Positions 11,592 to 64,000 of a stretch of 64,000 bases of DNA are shown piece by piece. The DNA is taken from assembly GCA_030141605.1 (NCBI GenBank), contig JAQGDQ010000377.1:162974-226973 (forward strand), given 5' to 3'. Numbering within the stretch: the stretch's first letter is position 1; every line of letters begins with the position of its first letter. The notes under the pieces are model-generated. The model made no database searches. It saw only the letters and a program-made list of their open reading frames with translations, and was not told the DNA's origin. Source of the stretch: Tubiluchus corallicola (lineage: Eukaryota; Animalia; Priapulida). A program made the position numbers and the translations under genes.

Positions 11592-14492
11592 TACTGTATA
11601 AGTGTACTGTATAAGTGTACTGTATAAGTGTACTGTATAAGTGTACTGTATAAGTGTACTGTATAAGTGTATAGTATAAGTGTATAGTATAAGTGTACAG
11701 TATAAGTGTACTGTATAAGTGTACTGTATAAGTGTACAGTATAAGTGTACTGTATAAGTGTACTGTATAAGTGTACTGTATAAGTGTACTGTATAAGTGT
11801 ACTGTATAAGTGTACTGTATAAGTGTACAGTATAAGTGTACTGTATAAGTGTACTGTATAAGTGTACTGTATAAGTGTACTGTATAAGTGTACTGTATAA
11901 GTGTACAGTATAAGTGTACTGTATAAGTGTACTGTATAAGTGTACAGTATAAGTGTACAGTATAAGTGTACTGTATAAGTGTACTGTATAAGTGTACTGT
12001 ATAAGTGTACTGTATAAGTGTACTGTATAAGTGTACTGTATAAGTGTACTGTATAAGTGTACTGTATAAGTGTACTGTATAAGTGTACTGTATAAGTGTA
12101 CTGTATAAGTGTACTGTATAAGTGTACTGTATAAGTGTACTGTATAAGTGTACTGTATAAGTGTACTGTATAAGTGTACTGTATAAGTGTACTGTATAAG
12201 TGTACTGTATAAGTGTACTGTATAAGTGTACTGTATAAGTGTACTGTATAAGTGTACTGTATAAGTGTACTGTATAAGTGTACTGTATAAGTGTACTGTA
12301 TAAGTGTACTGTATAAGTGTACTGTATAAGTGTACTGTATAAGTGTACTGTATAAGTGTACTGTATAAGTGTACTGTATAAGTGTACTGTATAAGTGTAC
12401 TGTATAAGTGTACTGTATAAGTGTACTGTATAAGTGTACTGTATAAGTGTACTGTATAAGTGTACTGTATAAGTGTACTGTATAAGTGTACTGTATAAGT
12501 GTACTGTATAAGTGTACTGTATAAGTGTACTGTATAAGTGTACTGTATAAGTGTACTGTATAAGTGTACTGTATAAGTGTACTGTATAAGTGTACTGTAT
12601 AAGTGTACTGTATAAGTGTACTGTATAAGTGTACTGTATAAGTGTACTGTATAAGTGTACTGTATAAGTGTACTGTATAAGTGTACTGTATAAGTGTACT
12701 GTATAAGTGTACTGTATAAGTGTACTGTATAAGTGTACTGTATAAGTGTACTGTATAAGTGTACTGTATAAGTGTACTGTATAAGTGTACTGTATAAGTG
12801 TACTGTATAAGTGTACTGTATAAGTGTACTGTATAAGTGTACTGTATAAGTGTACTGTATAAGTGTACTGTATAAGTGTACTGTATAAGTGTACTGTATA
12901 AGTGTACTGTATAAGTGTACTGTATAAGTGTACTGTATAAGTGTACTGTATAAGTGTACTGTATAAGTGTACTGTATAAGTGTACTGTATAAGTGTACTG
13001 TATAAGTGTACTGTATAAGTGTACTGTATAAGTGTACTGTATAAGTGTACTGTATAAGTGTACTGTATAAGTGTACTGTATAAGTGTACTGTATAAGTGT
13101 ACTGTATAAGTGTACTGTATAAGTGTACTGTATAAGTGTACTGTATAAGTGTACTGTATAAGTGTATAGTGTAACTGTACTGTATAAGTGTACTGTATAA
13201 GTGTACTGTATAAGTGTACTGTATAGTGTACTGTATAAGTGTACTGTATAAGTGTACTGTATAAGTGTACTGTATAAGTGTACTGTATAAGTGTACTGTA
13301 TAAGTGTACTGTATAAGTGTACTGTATAAGTGTACTGTATAAGTGTACTGTATAAGTGTACTGTATAAGTGTACTGTATAAGTGTACTGTATAAGTGTAC
13401 TGTATAAGTGTACTGTATAAGTGTACTGTATAAGTGTACTGTATAAGTGTACTGTATAAGTGTACAGTATAAGTGTACTGTATAAGTGTACTGTATAAGT
13501 GTACTGTATAAGTGTACAGTATAGTGTACTGTATAAGTGTACTGTATAAGTGTACTGTATAAGTGTACTGTATAAGTGTACTGTATAAGTGTACTGTATA
13601 AGTGTACTGTATAAGTGTACTGTATAAGTGTAACTGTATAGTGTACTGTATAAGTGTACTGTATAAGTGTACTGTATAAGTGTACTGTATAAGTGTACTG
13701 TATAAGTAGTGTACAGTATAAGTGTACAGTATAAGTGTACTGTATAAGTGTACAGTATAAGTGTACTGTATAAGTGTACTGTATAAGTGTACAGTATAAG
13801 TGTACTGTATAAGTGTACAGTATAAGTGTACTGTATAAGTGTACTGTATAAGTGTACTGTATAAGTGTACTGTATAAGTGTACTGTATAAGTGTACTGTA
13901 TAAGTGTACTGTATAAGTGTACTGTATAAGTGTACTGTATAAGTGTACTGTATAAGTGTACAGTATAAGTGTACTGTATAAGTGTACTGTATAAGTGTAC
14001 TGTATAAGTGTACTGTATAAGTGTACTGTATAAGTGTACTGTATAAGTGTACTGTATAAGTGTACTGTATAAGTGTACTGTATAAGTGTACTGTATAAGT
14101 GTACAGTATAAGTGTACAGTATAAGTGTATAGTATAAGTGTACTGTATAAGTGTACAGTATAAGTGTACAGTATAAGTGTATAGTATAAGTGTACTGTAT
14201 AAGTGTATAGTATAAGTGTATAGTATAAGTGTACTGTATAAGTGTACTGTATAAGTGTACTGTATAAGTGTACTGTATAAGTGTACTGTATAAGTGTACT
14301 GTATAAGTGTACTGTATAAGTGTACAGTATAAGTGTACTGTATAAGTGTACTGTATAAGTGTACAGTATAAGTGTACAGTATAAGTGTATAGTATAAGTG
14401 TACTGTATAAGTGTACTGTATAAGTGTACTGTATAAGTGTACTGTATAAGTGTACTGTATAAGTGTACTGTATAAGTGTATAGTATAAGTGT
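11592..14492. repeat. 13-bp satellite (GTGTACTGTATAA)n, ~220 copies
   Basis: Directly visible; variant units GTGTACAGTATAA and GTGTATAGTATAA concentrate toward the ends. Confidence 0.98.
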
Positions 14493-15404
14493 TAAGAACG
14501 TATTCGTTAGAACGAGACGTACCTGATCAAAACCAGCATTCGATTCGGCAAGTGGCCCTTTTTGACTTCTTAACATAATGAAATTGAAGTGGGGTGGCCT
14601 AGTTCGCCTCTTATCTGGATTTTTCGCGACACCAACACTCGTCAGCTGCGCGTCTTGCTGAAAGGGGAGCAAGAGCAGACAGGGCAACAAGCTGGAGAGA
14701 GTTTTCAGTTGGGAAATGTGAATAATAATGCTAACGTATTACAAATTTGGTACCTGAAACTGACATCCAGTTTTATTAATTGGCTGAAAAATTGTTATCT
14801 TCACTAATTTTGTGTAAGAACACCGTATCTATCAACGTTAACGATTCTCTAAAAATTAACGCTGATAAGATCATCTTTTCATCTGTCTTGCATCCAAACA
14901 TTTTAACAAACTGTTTTTGAACAATATTTCTAGTACACATTATGCCGCTTCGTAGCTTCATCAAAGCTAATAAAGAAAGGGTGAAGGTCATGAAGAAAGA
15001 AATAAAGAATAAGATTGAATGTTGTATAAAGAATGAATGTGCAGATGGAGCAGCACTAAATTAAGAACTTCAGGTACCCTTTTTCTTATCCTTGAGTATT
15101 GTGTATTGAGTATCGTTTCTTACCTCATATCACGATTATGTATTTTTTTGTTTTTGTTAAAAATTTGTACGAAGGGAATTATTATTGTTGTTTATTTAAC
15201 AGTCATTAATATTTAGATGTTTCCAACAATCAAGAATGGAAAAGCACAATGTTTCAAGCTGCCGCTGCCATTAATGATTAATCACCAAGTAACAAAAAGA
15301 AAAAGATAAAAAACATACAAAGAGTAAAATATTTTTGTTGGTACATTTTACTTTCGTCATTACGATTTTGTTGCTTTTTAAAACTTTAATAATAAAAGAA
15401 AAAA

Positions 15405-15570
15405 CTATTGTTGTTGCGATGATAATAGAATAGAATTTCTTACTACAATTGAGGACGTTCTATTGTTGTTGCGATGGTAACGAAAGAAAATTTCTTACTA
15501 CAATTGGGGACGTTCTATTGTTGTTGCGATGGTAACGAAATAGAATTTCTTGCTAGAATTGTGGACGTTC
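15405..15570. repeat. 55-bp tandem repeat x3 just upstream of the LRR-EGF gene start
   Basis: ctattgttgttgcgat... recurs at 15405, 15460 and 15515. Confidence 0.85.
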
Positions 15571-15668
15571 GATCGCTTGTAGATGTTGTTATCAGAAGAC
15601 AAAATTTCGGAAAAAATCAGAACAAGTTTAAGCAGTCTTATTTTTTACCGTTGTTCCTTTACGAAAAA

Positions 15669-62098
<46,430 letters not shown>

Positions 62099-62260
62099 GT
62101 ACAATTATACATTACAGTAGCATTAAAGATTTCTCAGCATCAGTATTTTAATATGTGAAGTAAACAAGTGTGAAGGTTTACTCGGAACTGGCAAACATAT
62201 GTGTTTTTTTTTCATACTTAATAAGCGTGCAAACTGCTAAATGAACAAGACGATTTTATA

Positions 62261-62541
62261 CCAGACGGTTTAGTTTAGTGGTAATGCGTCTGCTTTCCAT
62301 CTGGGAGGTCGTGAGTTCGAACCAGCGGCCGGGTCATACCTAAGTCTTTAAAAAATCGTACCTGCTTTGCCCTGCCTGACGCGTGGCATTTAGGGTAAAA
62401 GCGGGGTAATAATAGTCTCTGTTATGTAGTTATGTAGTTGTAGTCGGCAATAATAGCTCTTTGAGCTAATGTTTTTTTTTGACCCAAAAGCAGACTTTCA
62501 ATAAAGATTATTATTATTAATATTATTATTATTATTATTAT
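62261..62541 (+). mobile_element. tRNA-derived SINE with (ATT)n tail; tail plus flank tandemly duplicated to ~62755
   Basis: A box TAGTTTAGTGG, B box GTTCGAAC, non-tRNA body, AATAAAG(ATT)n; second copy at 5179-5526. Confidence 0.82.
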
Positions 62542-62818
62542 CATAACAAACTCAGTTATTGATTGAGCACACTGCTTTACCATTAAAAAATGTATTTTTG
62601 AAAGTGCACTCTTTGAGCTAATGTTAATTGTTGACCCAAAAGCAGACTTTAAATAAAGATTATTATTATTATTATTATTATTATTATCATAACAAACTCA
62701 GTTATTGATTGAGCACACTGCTTTACCATTAAAAATGAATTTTAGAAAATGCACTGTTCTGCAGTGAAACTTCTCAGTAACTTGCCTTGTAAACACACGA
62801 AATAAACCAGTAACTCAG

Positions 62819-62930
62819 CCGCTCACCACAGCAGGCCTAAACCGTGTAAAATGGAAGCACATGTACAAATGAAATAAACACATACACTTGTGACTGCACT
62901 CCAGTACATACAGGGTTAAACTGCACAGTT
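62819..62930 (+). pseudogene. Frameshifted EGF pseudo-exon
   Basis: PKPCK/NGSTCTNEINTYTCDCTPVHTGLNCT; one A missing (tgtaaaatgga), first Cys lost, poor splice sites. Confidence 0.75.
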
Positions 62931-63584
62931 TAAACAATACTATTATGTACAGTTAGGACTCTCTGCTTGTGCAAGCATGCTATTGGGCGCGGGTGAGCAT
63001 GTGCGACACTTAGCCGGTAAATTCGCCATTTTGTTTGTTCGTAATAACATTTAGCTGCATTTCAGTTAGTTTATTTCAGAAATTTGAAGCGCCAATTTTA
63101 ATTTTAACCACTGGAAGTGGAAAATCATGGTCAAAAAATTACCAGAAGCACAAATCTGACATACTGCCTACCAATTGTTCACCATTCCTTAACATATTTT
63201 AGAAACATTTTTCATGCGATGTGGCTGTGTTGTATACGCTGAAGTTTAAAAATACTGATTTAAAGATACTGGTATTAGTAAATAATTACAAAAATCACTT
63301 TACTAGGAATAAAATTTGATAATAAAATATTTACAAGTACTTGCGTACATTCATTTATATGGCACATTGACTATCATTTCCTGCAGGTCCAATGATGATG
63401 GCCCTATTTGCTGCGATCTATATAGCAAATGAAAGATCACGATCTAGCATCATGCCACTGGGGGATTATTTTTCGAATCGGACTCACGGCGATGAACGGG
63501 GTGCAAAAAACCTCAAAAAATGGCCATTTTCTAGCCTTTTTTTGCAAAACTTTTACCTCTTATTTTTGGAGGTGGGGAATATGC

Positions 63585-64000
63585 CAGTGGTGGTGCTGAT
63601 AATTGTTGCATAACCATTCAGGAGTGGGTGTAGTAGGCATATTTGGAATTCGTGGGAGGCCCATGGCATCACTATGTTTTCCCGGACCCAACTCCCGATT
63701 TTCTTTCGAAATTTTGACCAAACAGCCTGTAGAAAATCATTCCAGCGGCACCTGGTGGGACGCTCGAAAGGAGATACATAGCTCTTTAGAAAGTGGAGGA
63801 ACCAGGCTATTGGAGGTTCCATTTTAGGCAATTTTCACTAGGAAAACTGCTGACGTAAAGCCATTATACTCTGCTTATGACCTTATAGCTTTAATTCAGT
63901 AAAACCTGCTACTGGTTTGCGTTATAAATGAAGACTAAGTAGGATGTTCGCGTATTATTGATTATAAGTGTAATTATAAGCAAAATTTTTTTCCGGGCCT
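63585..64000. repeat. Unclassified dispersed repeat, homologous to 3700-4200
   Basis: Colinear shared motifs in the same orientation. Confidence 0.7.

Noticed and set aside
11586-14690. 1034-aa minus-strand ORF (YTYTVHLYSTLIQ)n
   Set aside because: Translation of a 13-bp satellite whose unit has no stop on that strand; no sign of coding constraint.
14500-14810. GC-richer segment with a 72-aa ORF beside the satellite
   Set aside because: No recognisable motif or convincing splice boundaries.
62261-62335. Possible tRNA gene
   Set aside because: A/B boxes are present, but it continues into a SINE body and (ATT)n tail and has a diverged second copy; no clean acceptor stem.
63388-63613. Possible next exon after ttcctgcag (GPMMMALFAAIYIANE...)
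   Set aside because: In frame for phase 1, but no recognisable domain, a hydrophobic stretch too short for a TM helix, and it runs into a dispersed repeat.

Overview
AT-rich, intron-rich eukaryotic genomic DNA (an animal, probably an invertebrate; inferred from the EGF/LRR gene content and TE families). Most of the supplied ORF track is noise. I reconstructed the genes by hand from splice sites. (1) Three 3' exons of a + strand trypsin-fold (S1A) serine protease: 1827-2016, 3419-3534 and 6308-6586. The catalytic Asp and Ser are present; I found no His exon in the window. (2) A large + strand mosaic gene from ~15669 past 62098 with no terminal exon visible. Its order is signal peptide, LRR, LRRCT, Thr linker, EGF cassettes, a second LRR/LRRCT module fused in frame onto an EGF exon, then more EGF cassettes. 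I count 20 intact and 5 damaged EGF exons, and every intron is phase 1. The two LRR copies differ mostly at predicted concave-face residues, while their introns stay closely similar, which suggests a diversifying recognition protein. The EGF array is being reshuffled by local duplication, intra-exon recombination, a TSD-bounded hAT element carrying an exon, and an LTR-associated deletion. The remainder is piggyBac/hAT/pogo MITEs, a tRNA-derived SINE, LINE 3' ends, LTR remnants, a 2.9-kb 13-bp satellite and other tandem repeats.
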